DNA of 64,000 nucleotides, taken from positions 2,111 to 66,110 of the forward strand of contig JAQBVV010000001.1 of assembly GCA_027622905.1 (NCBI GenBank), in the 5' to 3' direction. How positions within the stretch are numbered: the first letter of the stretch is position 1; each line of letters opens with the position of its first letter. Both the position numbers and the translations under genes were made by a program. Positions 39,893 to 48,664 of this stretch are shown here, in pieces. The notes under the pieces are model-generated. The model ran no database searches, was not told where the DNA came from, and saw only the letters and a program-made list of their open reading frames with translations. This DNA comes from Acidobacteriota bacterium. Lineage in GTDB: Bacteria; Acidobacteriota; Vicinamibacteria; Vicinamibacterales; UBA2999.

Positions 39893-40672
39893 TTACTGTC
39901 TCGGAATATTGAACGTCAGCCTTGTCTGGTACCTCCAGTCTGTGGCCTTGACGTTGGTCGGCGGGCGCGAGTTATTTTGGAGGGATGCGACCAGCCCCAG
40001 CGTCACGACGGGGCCCAGACGAGCGGTCAACTCGGCCGCACCGTTGGCCCTCACGTCCCCCAAGTCTGACCAACGGGGTTGATAGAAGCCGGTCACGTTG
40101 ACCCCGACGGTCTTGCTGTCGGTCAGATCGCCGTGCCAATACAGATAGGTCGAGAGACGCTGTGCATGTTTGGGTTCGTTCACGTCCCGGATGTCCTCCC
40201 GCTCCACCATATGCGCCGCCCCCAACGAAAGGCTCCAGTTCGAGCGTTGAACGGGATCGAACTGGAACCCAGCTCCGACCAGTAATCGCGAACGGAGTCT
40301 CTGGAATCGATCGCGCTGGATCTGGGCAAACGCCAGTGTCGAGATCCACGGTCGCAGACGATGGAGGTCGCGAAGGTGACCCATCGAGGAGTCGACGGCC
40401 GTGTTGCCGTTGACATCGGTGCGGGAGACGCCGCCCAGGAGGCGGACCCGATGCCCCCAGGCGGACTCAGGGCGGGCCGGACTCTGCCACTGGACCTTTC
40501 CAGCTGCGCCCAGCGTCAAGACATCGGTGTTGCCACTCGACTGCGCGAAGGTTGCTTCAGCGACGCCGGACCAGGCGGGCACGTCGCTGAATCCGCTCAG
40601 CGTGTTGACGATCTGTGCCGGAGCGCTCCGCACCACCCCGAACAGGATCACGAGTATCAGGACCGGTTTCAT
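39893..40672 (-). CDS. DUF481-like outer-membrane beta-barrel protein
   Basis: The internal ATG at 40672 begins a signal peptide (MKPVLILVILFGVVRSAPAQ). The sequence shows a beta-strand-rich alternating pattern (SGNTDVLTLGAAGKVQW...). Confidence 0.55.
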   Translation of the reverse strand: MKPVLILVILFGVVRSAPAQIVNTLSGFSDVPAWSGVAEATFAQSSGNTDVLTLGAAGKVQWQSPARPESAWGHRVRLLGGVSRTDVNGNTAVDSSMGHLRDLHRLRPWISTLAFAQIQRDRFQRLRSRLLVGAGFQFDPVQRSNWSLSLGAAHMVEREDIRDVNEPKHAQRLSTYLYWHGDLTDSKTVGVNVTGFYQPRWSDLGDVRANGAAELTARLGPVVTLGLVASLQNNSRPPTNVKATDWRYQTRLTFNIPRQ

Positions 40673-40990
40673 AAGCTTCCGAGGCACTGCCTTGCGCCTG
40701 TACCGCGTGTAGTCTGTGCGCAAATGTGGCACCACCCAGGCGGGAGATGCATCGCGGGCATCATTGCCCTGTGCCCTCTCCGCCGTTGAACTGCGCGCCA
40801 CGCGAAATGACGCACCACCAAGAGACGGGCTCCCTGGCGCCAGCGCATCTTCGTAGTGTCGAGCTGCTCCTGGAAGGACGGCGAGTTGTCGGTCGGTCTG
40901 CGGCAACCCTTTGACCTGCTTGCAGATACGGCCGCCCAAGCCGAGCAGGTCGAGGGCTCAGAAGACGCTGATCTTGCCAAAAGAGAGAAG

Positions 40991-41064
40991 TGGCTGGGAG
41001 GCAGGGATTCGAACCCCGATAACCTGCTCCAGAGGCAGGTGTCCTACCGTTGAACGACCTCCCA
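40991..41064 (-). tRNA. tRNA-Gln (anticodon CUG)
   Basis: I folded a 74-nt cloverleaf by hand: acceptor TGGGAGG/CCTCCCA, D arm GTTC-AACGGTA-GGAC, anticodon arm CCTGC-CTCTGGA-GCAGG, T arm CGGGG-TTCGAAT-CCCTG. CCA is encoded. Confidence 0.93.
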
Positions 41065-41166
41065 GTGCTGGCTTCACGAGAAACCGAGGCTGGAACCACT
41101 GATTGTATAGAGAAAGCCTCGAACCTGGCAAACTCGACTGCAACGGAGGCTGGCGTTGGGCTCCTG

Positions 41167-42645
41167 CTAGGTTCTGCGGCCCAGAAAGCCGACGAGCCGT
41201 TCCAGCCGCGCCACGCTGCGAGTTTTTCCCAGCAACACCAGCACTTCGAAGATACCGGGACTCGTCGTGCGCCCGGTGACCGCCACGCGCGTGGCATGGA
41301 TCAGGGCTCCCGCCTTGATGCCGCGTGCGGATGCCGTCGCTCGCACCATCGCCTCCACCTGCGCCTCGTCGAAGGGTTCGAGCGTCCCCAACGCCGCGGC
41401 AAGGGTGGCGACGTGATCGCCGATGTCTGGCGATGACAGGTGCTTGACGACCGCCTCGGCTTCGTACTCGACGGTTTCCACGAGGAAGGGGCGCGCCAGC
41501 TCGACGAAATCGGTCAGCCGCTTCGCCCTCGGGCGCAGCAGGTTCAGGAGTCGGTGGAGCCACGGGCCGCCGGTGCTGGTGTCCGGAGCGATCATCTCGG
41601 CAGTCGGCGCCAGGTCCGCGGCAGCGAGCAGCGGGTCGACAGCGGCAGTCAGTGCCTCGACGGGGAGCGTCGCGATGTACTGCCCATTCATCCAATCGAG
41701 TTTCGTCGTGTCGAACACGGCGTTGCCGCCGCTGATCCCGTCGAGCGAGAAGCGCACGACGAGCTCGCCGACCGGCATCAGCTCGCTGTCGTCGCCGGGC
41801 GACCAGCCGAGCAGCGCCAGGAAATTGACCATGGCGCCAGGAAGATAGCCCTGCTGTCGGTACTCGGTGACCGATGTCGCACCATGTCGTTTGCTCAGCC
41901 GCTTCTTGTCGGCCCCGAGGATCAGCGGGACGTGCGCGAACACGGGCGGCTCGGCGCCGAACGCCTCGAACAGCAGCAGGTGCTTCGGCGTGTTCGAGAT
42001 GTGGTCGTCGCCGCGGATAACGTGCGTGATCCCCATGTCGACGTCGTCCACGACGACGGACAGGTGGTATGTCGGGTGCAGGTCGGAGCGGAGTACGACA
42101 AAGTCTTCGACGTGACTCGCGTCGAACTCGATCCGGCCATGCACCTGGTCGTCGAAGGCGGTCTGGGCGAGCGGTACCTTGAATCGCACGGCGCGCCGCG
42201 CGCCGCCGCCTTCCAGCTCCGCGATACGCTCCGGTGAGAGCGTGAGGCACGTCCTGTCGTACTGCCAGGCCTCCCCGCGCTGTTCCGCGAACTCGCGTTC
42301 CCTGCGGAGCCGCTCAGGCGTGCAGTAGCAGTAGTAGGCGCGGCCCTCCGCGACGAGTCGTCCGACCGCCTGCCGGTAGCGATCGAGGCGCTCCGACTGG
42401 AAGTAGGGGCCGTGCGGTCCGCCCACCTCCGGGCCTTCGTCCCAGTCGAGGCCGAGCCAGCGCAGGCCATCGAGGATGCCGTCGATCATCTCGGCCGAGG
42501 AGCGCTCGACGTCGGTGTCCTCGATTCGCAGGATGAACGCGCCGCCGTGCCGGCGCGCGTAGAGCCAGTTGAAGAGCGCCGTGCGTGCGCCGCCCACGTG
42601 CAAGTATCCGGTCGGCGAGGGAGCAAAACGAACGCGTGGAACCAC
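41167..42645 (-). CDS. gltX: Glutamate-tRNA ligase
   Basis: 492-aa ORF. RFAPSPTGYLHVGGARTALFNWLYARRHGGAFILRIEDTD carries the HIGH-type motif, and a KLSKR motif is present. Confidence 0.95.
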   Translation of the reverse strand: MVPRVRFAPSPTGYLHVGGARTALFNWLYARRHGGAFILRIEDTDVERSSAEMIDGILDGLRWLGLDWDEGPEVGGPHGPYFQSERLDRYRQAVGRLVAEGRAYYCYCTPERLRREREFAEQRGEAWQYDRTCLTLSPERIAELEGGGARRAVRFKVPLAQTAFDDQVHGRIEFDASHVEDFVVLRSDLHPTYHLSVVVDDVDMGITHVIRGDDHISNTPKHLLLFEAFGAEPPVFAHVPLILGADKKRLSKRHGATSVTEYRQQGYLPGAMVNFLALLGWSPGDDSELMPVGELVVRFSLDGISGGNAVFDTTKLDWMNGQYIATLPVEALTAAVDPLLAAADLAPTAEMIAPDTSTGGPWLHRLLNLLRPRAKRLTDFVELARPFLVETVEYEAEAVVKHLSSPDIGDHVATLAAALGTLEPFDEAQVEAMVRATASARGIKAGALIHATRVAVTGRTTSPGIFEVLVLLGKTRSVARLERLVGFLGRRT

Positions 42646-42820
42646 CGCGGCATTATTCCACGGAGATTCGGAAGGGCTCGCAGATGGGCAGCGACTGAAG
42701 CCCTCACGCCTGCCGGGTTGATGCCGAGCGGAGAGCTGTCATCGGTTCGCGATCCGCGCCTGGATGTAGTTCAATGGGCGTTCTTATACAGGCCTATTCA
42801 GGGCGAGCGAAGGGGGGCCG

Positions 42821-44155
42821 ATGAACGCACTGCAGGGTGAGGCGCTGGGGAGCTATCAACGCAGTCGCGAGCGATCGCGGGAGCTGTTCGATCTGTTGAC
42901 CGACGAGGCCTACTACCACCAGCCGATCGCGCTGCGCCACCCGATCGTGTTCTACGAGGGACACCTGCCCGGGTTCAGCTTCAACGCCTTGATGAAGAAG
43001 GCGCTGGGCCGCCCGAGCATCGACGCGAGGCTCGAGGATCTGTTTGCCCGGGGCATCGACCCGCATGAATCAGCTGCGGCGGGCAGGGCGCAGGTGAGCG
43101 CAGAATCGCAGTGGCCCTCCCGAGAGACGGTCCGGGCGTTTGCGGCCGATGCCGACCGACAGATCGAAGACGTGCTGGCCACCGGGGATCTCGATCGCCC
43201 CGGGCATCCGCTACTGGACCGGGCCGAGGCGGCCTTTTGCATCATCGAGCACGAGGCGCTGCACCACGAAACACTCCTCTACATGTGGCATCGGCTGCCG
43301 TTCGCGTTCAAGCAGCGCCCATCCGGTTACCATCCGCAGACCGATGGCATCGCGCCGCCGGCTGAATGGATCACCGTGCCGGCGGGTCGCGCCACACTGG
43401 GTGTCGATAGAGACGCCGTGCGCTTTGGATGGGACAACGAGTTTCCGGCACGCGCGGAAGACGTCGCGACATTCACTCTCGAGCGCCACGATGTGACCAA
43501 CGCGCGGTTCCTCGAGTTCGTGGAAGCGGGCGGGTATAGAGACCCGCGCTGGTGGGCGCCCGAGGATTGGCAATGGGTACAGCGGGAGCGCATGGCTCAT
43601 CCCCTCTTCTGGGAGCGCGAGGGAGACGCGTGGCGCTGGCGCTGCATGTTCGAGCTGGTGCCGTTGCCGCTGTCGTGGCCCGTCTACGTGAGCCACGCGG
43701 AGGCGTCGGCGTTTGCCCGCTGGCGCGGCGCGCGGCTGCCCACGGAGGCCGAGTTTCAGCGCGCCGCCTACGGTTCGCCGGAAGGGGATCGCCAGTATCC
43801 TTGGGGGGGCGACGAGCCGTCAGATGAACGCGGCGTGTTCGACTTCTCGAGCTGGGATCCGCACCCCGCCGGCAGCCACCCGGCGGGCGCCAGTGCCTGG
43901 GGCATCGAGGATCTCGTGGGCAACGGGTGGGGATGGACGAGCACGCCCTTCGGTCCCTTTCCGGGGTTTCAGGCGATGGCGTCGTACCCGGAATACTCCG
44001 CGGATTTCTTCGACAACCAGCACATGGTGATGAAGGGCGCGTCTCCGGCGACAGCTCGCGAGCTGTTGCGGCCGTCGTTTCGCAACTGGTTTCGGACGCG
44101 CTATCCGTACGTCTACGCGACATTTCGCTGTGCCAAAGACCACGACCGCGCGTAG
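42821..44155 (+). CDS. egtB: Ergothioneine biosynthesis sulfoxide synthase EgtB (DinB_2 + FGE-sulfatase domains)
   Basis: 444-aa ORF with an N-terminal DinB-like region (PIVFYEGHLPGF...EHEALHHETL) and a C-terminal FGE/SUMF1-like domain (GNGWGWTSTPF...). It is adjacent to egtD. Confidence 0.85.
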   Translation: MNALQGEALGSYQRSRERSRELFDLLTDEAYYHQPIALRHPIVFYEGHLPGFSFNALMKKALGRPSIDARLEDLFARGIDPHESAAAGRAQVSAESQWPSRETVRAFAADADRQIEDVLATGDLDRPGHPLLDRAEAAFCIIEHEALHHETLLYMWHRLPFAFKQRPSGYHPQTDGIAPPAEWITVPAGRATLGVDRDAVRFGWDNEFPARAEDVATFTLERHDVTNARFLEFVEAGGYRDPRWWAPEDWQWVQRERMAHPLFWEREGDAWRWRCMFELVPLPLSWPVYVSHAEASAFARWRGARLPTEAEFQRAAYGSPEGDRQYPWGGDEPSDERGVFDFSSWDPHPAGSHPAGASAWGIEDLVGNGWGWTSTPFGPFPGFQAMASYPEYSADFFDNQHMVMKGASPATARELLRPSFRNWFRTRYPYVYATFRCAKDHDRA

Positions 44156-45077
44156 CCGGTTCGCCGAAGACGTTGCGTACTACCTGTCGCAGACGCCGCG
44201 GCAGTTGCCGTCCGAACACCTGTACGACGAGCTGGGTTCCGAGCTCTTCGAGGCGATCTGTCGCCTGCCGTGGTACGGCATCACCAGAGCCGAGCAGCGG
44301 TTGCTCGAACGGCGTGCGGGCGACATCGTGTCGCGCGTCGCTCCGCTGGCGACCATCGTCGAGCTGGGGCCCGGTAGCGGCCTGAAGCTCGCGACGCTGC
44401 TGGCGGCTCGGCCGGCCGGTCCGGTGACCGTGCATCTGGTGGACGTGTCCGCGGCGGCCCTCGACGCTGCCGGCCGCGCCCTGGCCAGCGATCCGGATCT
44501 GGCGATCGTCCCGCACGAAGCGACCTACGAGGCCGGGTTGGCGGAGGTCGCCGCCGGGAGACGGTCGAGCGGAAAGACGCTGACGCTCTTTCTCGGCTCG
44601 AACATAGGCAACTTCGACCCGCCTGGCGCGGCAGCCTTTCTGCGTAACCTCCGAACCGCGATCTCGGAGGGCGATTCACTGCTGCTCGGGGCGGATCTCG
44701 TGAAGCCGGAGTCCGAGTTGCTGCTCGCGTATAACGATCCGCTCGGCGTGACAGCGGCCTTCAACAAGAACCTGCTCGTGCGTGCCAACACCGAACTCGA
44801 TGCTGATTTCGATCTGGCGGGGTTCAGCCATCGCGCGATCTGGAACGACGAGGCTTCGCGCATCGAGATGCACCTGGTCAGTACACGGAGGCAGCGCGTG
44901 CGGGTACCGGCCGTTGATCTCAATGTCACGTTCGAGGACGGCGACACGATCTGGACCGAGAGTTCCTACAAGTACCGCACCGACCAGATTGTGACCATGC
45001 TGTCGCAGGCAGGGTTTTCTTCCACCAGCCAGTGGTCGGACGATGGCTTCGCGCTGACCCTGGCGGCGGCGCGCTGA
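44130..45077 (+). CDS. egtD: L-histidine N-alpha-methyltransferase EgtD
   Basis: 315-aa ORF. LYDELGSELFEAICRLPWYGITRAEQRLL..., ELGPGSG and FLGSNIGNF are typical of EgtD. It overlaps the egtB 3' end by 26 nt. Confidence 0.85.
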   Translation: MPKTTTARSRFAEDVAYYLSQTPRQLPSEHLYDELGSELFEAICRLPWYGITRAEQRLLERRAGDIVSRVAPLATIVELGPGSGLKLATLLAARPAGPVTVHLVDVSAAALDAAGRALASDPDLAIVPHEATYEAGLAEVAAGRRSSGKTLTLFLGSNIGNFDPPGAAAFLRNLRTAISEGDSLLLGADLVKPESELLLAYNDPLGVTAAFNKNLLVRANTELDADFDLAGFSHRAIWNDEASRIEMHLVSTRRQRVRVPAVDLNVTFEDGDTIWTESSYKYRTDQIVTMLSQAGFSSTSQWSDDGFALTLAAAR

Positions 45078-45133
45078 ACTGGACTAGACAGCCGACGAGA
45101 CGTTTGCCGAGAAGTTACCAAGAGGACCCCACC

Positions 45134-45793
45134 ATGCCTGACCAGCCGAAGCCGACACCCGAGATTGCGCTCATGCCGAATGGCCCGTATCGGGTCTCCA
45201 ACCTCGCGAGGCTTGAAGGTCTGTATGGCGCGCCGGCCCACGACACGACGGAGGTGACCAAGCTCTGCCGGTGCGGCGGCTCGAAGAACAAGCCCTTCTG
45301 CGACGGCAGTCATCGGACCAACGGCTTCAGCGATGCGAAGGCCGCTGATCGCGTCCCCGACGCGCGCGAGGACTACGTCGCCGAGGCGATCACCATCCAC
45401 GACAACCGCGGCATCTGCGCGCATGCCGGGCGATGTACCGACGGTCTCGAGGAGGTGTTCCGGTTGAGGCAGGAGCCGTTCATCCTGGCGACCGCCGCGT
45501 CGGCTGAGCAGATCGCGGCCGTCATCGACACCTGTCCCTCAGGCGCACTCAGCTACTCGATCGACGGCGTCGAACACCGCGACGGCGGCGGGGAGCCGGT
45601 GGTCGGTTACGTTCCCAACGGCCCGTACGTCGTCCGTGGTGGCGCCGCCGCGCTCAAGAACGTGCCGCAGGGCGAGGGCGCATCGACGAAACGCTTCGCG
45701 CTGTGCCGTTGCGGCCACAGCACCAACAAGCCGTTCTGCAGCGGCGCGCACTGGAACCACCAGTTCGACGAGCACGCCAAGAAGCCCGAGTAA
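45134..45793 (+). CDS. CDGSH iron-sulfur domain protein (CDGSH / central Cys-rich module / CDGSH)
   Basis: Internal ATG at 45134. It has two CDGSH-type motifs (CRCGGSKNKPFCDGSH, CRCGHSTNKPFCSGAH) flanking a Cys-containing module (GICAHAGRCTD...CPSGAL). Confidence 0.8.
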   Translation: MPDQPKPTPEIALMPNGPYRVSNLARLEGLYGAPAHDTTEVTKLCRCGGSKNKPFCDGSHRTNGFSDAKAADRVPDAREDYVAEAITIHDNRGICAHAGRCTDGLEEVFRLRQEPFILATAASAEQIAAVIDTCPSGALSYSIDGVEHRDGGGEPVVGYVPNGPYVVRGGAAALKNVPQGEGASTKRFALCRCGHSTNKPFCSGAHWNHQFDEHAKKPE

Positions 45794-46018
45794 CTCCCCC
45801 CGGTTCGGTTCGCGCCGATCCCGACTGTAGCGCCGGTGGCTCTCCGACTCCGCGCCGAAAAGAAGCGGCTGGTCGGTGCATGTTCGATGTGGCGTGAATA
45901 CACGAGCAACGCCGGGCAATTCCAGCGGCCTGCCCCGCGTAGCCCCCAGGCCGGTGTTCCGGACCAACGGATCTGCCGATACTAGGGTGCACGCGCCCGG
46001 CAAGGAGCGTCGGGACAC

Positions 46019-46567
46019 GTGGGGGGCCATCGAATGACGACGGAGGGCGCTGGTGCCACTAGCGGATTCACGCTCGTCGAGCTGCTGATCGTCGTGATGC
46101 TCATCGGCATCATCTCGGCTGTCGCGATTCCGGGGCTGCTGCGTGCGCGTCAGTCGGGCAACGAAGCCTCGGCGGTCGGTTCGCTGCGCGTCATCAGCAG
46201 CGCGGAGGCCGCCTACGCCTCCACGTGCGGCGGTGGTTACGCACCCTCGCTGGAGGACCTTGCCTTGGCCCCAGTGGATGGCGGACCGGCGTTCATCACC
46301 TCGGACCTGTCCACGACCGGTGTGGCCAAGAGCGGCTACGTCATGGCGGTGGCCGCGGGTACCAACACGGCCGTCATGACCTCCAGCGCAGAGACGTGTA
46401 ACGGCGGAGCTGAAACCGTCGCGAGCTTCCATGCGCACACCGAGCCGTCCTCGGTCGGTAGCACGGGGCAGCGGTCGTTCGCGACCAACGAGAGCGGGAC
46501 GATCTACCAGCTCGTGACTGGCGGCGCTATTCCCAATTCCATGGCCGGCGCTACGACGTATCGCTAA
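46019..46567 (+). CDS. Prepilin-type N-terminal cleavage/methylation domain protein (pilin/pseudopilin-like)
   Basis: GTG at 46019 lies 11 nt after an AAGGAG SD. The leader is followed by G|FTLVELLIVVMLIGIISAVAIPGL, the class III signal. Confidence 0.8.
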   Translation: MGGHRMTTEGAGATSGFTLVELLIVVMLIGIISAVAIPGLLRARQSGNEASAVGSLRVISSAEAAYASTCGGGYAPSLEDLALAPVDGGPAFITSDLSTTGVAKSGYVMAVAAGTNTAVMTSSAETCNGGAETVASFHAHTEPSSVGSTGQRSFATNESGTIYQLVTGGAIPNSMAGATTYR

Positions 46568-46634
46568 TTCACGGTGGTCGGTCCCCGACGGTGGCCGGAG
46601 ACCGGCGCCCCACGGGCTGCTAGACTGCGCGTCG

Positions 46635-47765
46635 ATGAACTCCGTCCACGAGCGAACACGCGCCATCCGAGAGGCGGCGACCCAACTAGGGTTCGATCAC
46701 TGCGCGGCCGCGCCCGTAGCGGCGTTGGACGCGGCCCCGCGTCTGCGCGAGTGGCTCGCGCTCGGGATGCACGGGAGCATGCAGTGGATGGAGCGCAGCG
46801 CCGACCGGCGCGCCCATCCTGGGCTCGTGGTGCCGGAGGCGCGGTCGGTTCTGATCGTGACGCGAAGTTACTGGACGGGAGAGGACGCCACCACCGACCC
46901 GTCCCGCGGCAGGATCTCCCGCTACGCGTGGGGGGGCGAATACCACGACGTGCTCGGCGCGGCGCTCGGCGACCTGTATCAGCGCACACAGGAGATCGCA
47001 CCGGGTGTCGTGGGGCGTTTTTACATCGACACCGGCCCCGTGCTCGAGAAGGCCTGGGCGGAACTCGCCGGCCTGGGCTGGATCGGCAAGCACTCGAATC
47101 TCATCACCGCCGGAGTCGGCTCGTGGTTCTTTCTCGGCGCCATCGTGCTCGATTGCGAGCTTGCGTACGGAGACCCCGTTGCCGACCAGTGCGGAAGCTG
47201 CACGGCGTGCATCGACGTGTGCCCGACAGAAGCGATCGTCGCGCCCTACGTCGTGGACGCGAGGCTCTGCATCTCCTATCTGACGATCGAGAACCGTGGC
47301 CCGATCCCGCGCGAATTACGGGCGGGCGTCGGCAACCGCATCTTTGGCTGTGACGAATGCCAGGACGTCTGTCCGTGGAACCGGTTCGCCCAGGTCGGGG
47401 CCGCCGCGTCGGCCTTCTCGGCTCGCAAGGGGCTCCGGGCGCCGGATCTGGTGGACCTGCTTTCGCTGGACGAAGATGGCTTCAGTACGCTGTTCCGCGG
47501 GAGCCCCGTGAAGCGCGCCCGGTATCAGGGCTTTCTGCGCAACGTCGCCGTCGCGCTGGGCAATAGCGATCACCCGCGTGCGGTGGCGGCGCTGACATCG
47601 AGACTGCAGCACGAATCCGCCCTGGTGCGTGGCCACTGCGCGTGGGCGCTGGGACGTTTCGACGACGCCGATGCGCGCGCCGCACTCAGCGATCGGTTGC
47701 CGTGCGAGTCCGATGCCTGGGTTCGCGAAGAGATCGAGGCTGCGCTGGCGCCCGCACTCCGCTAA
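46635..47765 (+). CDS. queG: tRNA epoxyqueuosine(34) reductase
   Basis: 376-aa ORF with 4Fe-4S motifs (CGSCTACIDVCPTEAI, CDECQDVCPWN), CISYLTIE and a C-terminal HEAT-like region. Confidence 0.9.
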   Translation: MNSVHERTRAIREAATQLGFDHCAAAPVAALDAAPRLREWLALGMHGSMQWMERSADRRAHPGLVVPEARSVLIVTRSYWTGEDATTDPSRGRISRYAWGGEYHDVLGAALGDLYQRTQEIAPGVVGRFYIDTGPVLEKAWAELAGLGWIGKHSNLITAGVGSWFFLGAIVLDCELAYGDPVADQCGSCTACIDVCPTEAIVAPYVVDARLCISYLTIENRGPIPRELRAGVGNRIFGCDECQDVCPWNRFAQVGAAASAFSARKGLRAPDLVDLLSLDEDGFSTLFRGSPVKRARYQGFLRNVAVALGNSDHPRAVAALTSRLQHESALVRGHCAWALGRFDDADARAALSDRLPCESDAWVREEIEAALAPALR

Positions 47766-47879
47766 ATCTGGCCGATGGCGGCTGGCCAGGGAGCCACTCT
47801 CGCCCGCGCGGCCGCTCACGATCGCTATAATGGCGTGAGCACAGCCGCTGCGGATGTTTCCGGACGGCAACTCTGTACG

Positions 47880-47918
47880 GGTGAGGTGGCTGAGTGGCCG
47901 AAAGCGGCGGTTTGCTAA
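47880..47918 (+). repeat. Orphan 5' half of tRNA-Ser(GCU) (attL-like direct repeat)
   Basis: ggtgaggtggctgagtggccgaaagcggcggtttgctaa is identical to nt 1-39 of the intact tRNA-Ser at 52113. Identity ends at the last base of the anticodon loop. Confidence 0.9.
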
Positions 47919-47939
47919 GGCCGCCCGAGATCGAAGAAC

Positions 47940-47975
47940 GGGCCTGAAATTCACGATTTCAGGCCCGTTTTTTAT
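47940..47975 (+). terminator. Rho-independent terminator immediately after the half-tRNA
   Basis: GGGCCTGAAAT-tcacg-ATTTCAGGCCC is a perfect 11-bp stem, followed by GTTTTTTATT. Confidence 0.65.
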
Positions 47976-48101
47976 TGGGTCGTTGGTTGGCGTTGGCTGC
48001 CGATGGATGGTCCTCGGACCGAGTTTGGGCACACTGGCGGGCACACTGGAGCGGACGCCAATGTGTGCCTTGTGGGCACACGATGCATTACGCTGAGCGA
48101 G

Positions 48102-48329
48102 ATGCCGAGTAAGAATCGACGTCAGAGGAAATCGTCGTCACAAGACTCGATGACGCGGTCATCGTCGGGCGCCTCCGCGCTCCGGGCGTTGAAGCTCGAC
48201 GCCTGTGAGCGAGGCCTGCTCAATGACGTCGAACGGGGCGAGTGGACGGCAGTCGGGCAGCTCGCCGCTGCCCGAGTTCGATACGCTGGCATCGCGAAGG
48301 CGACTCTACGCCGCCCTCGAAAAGCGTAG
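48102..48329 (+). pseudogene. Truncated CopG/RHH-type antitoxin-like fragment (N-terminal half only)
   Basis: ...CERGLLNDVERGEWTAVGQLAAARVRYAGIAKATLRRPRK resembles the N-terminal part of COG5304-type antitoxins (xxFERGEWxSV...). The ribbon-helix-helix half and a partner toxin are missing. Confidence 0.35.
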
Positions 48330-48388
48330 CTGCGCATTCTCTCGCAAGGCTCGCCGATCCGCAGGGTGCCGGCGTACAATTGGACATC

Positions 48389-48664
48389 ATGCGGGTCACC
48401 ATTCAGTTGCCAGACGACATATCCGCCGCCCTCGAGGGGCAGTGGGACGACGTGCCCCGCCGTTCACTCGAGGCCATCGCGGTTGAGGGCTACCGCACCG
48501 GCGCACTGACGGAGTCTCAGGTTCGGAAGTTGCTGGGACTCGACACGCGCTTCCAGGTACATGTGCTGCTCAAGGAGCACCGCGTGCCGCTGCATTACAC
48601 GAGCGCAGACATCGAGGACGACATCCGCGCACAACGTGAGCTCGGCATCCTGCCCGGCCAATGA
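48389..48664 (+). CDS. UPF0175-family antitoxin
   Basis: ATG at 48389. MRVTIQLPDDISAALE...SLEAIAVEGYRTGALTESQVRKLLGLDTRFQVHVLLKEHRVPLHYTSADIEDDI fits the UPF0175 pattern. It overlaps the downstream toxin gene by 4 nt. Confidence 0.8.
   Translation: MRVTIQLPDDISAALEGQWDDVPRRSLEAIAVEGYRTGALTESQVRKLLGLDTRFQVHVLLKEHRVPLHYTSADIEDDIRAQRELGILPGQ

Noticed and set aside
46574-47353. A 259-aa plus-strand ORF that overlaps queG in another frame.
   Set aside because: The queG frame carries the diagnostic Fe-S and CISYLTIE motifs. The alternative frame is Arg/Gly/Pro-rich with no signature.
48003-48101. The N-terminal extension of ORF 48003-48329 (MDGPRTEFGHTGGHTGADANVCLVGTRC...).
   Set aside because: The GHTGGHTG string is the translation of the tandem GGGCACACTGG DNA motifs. 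A coding role is unlikely, so I started the antitoxin-like fragment at ATG 48102.
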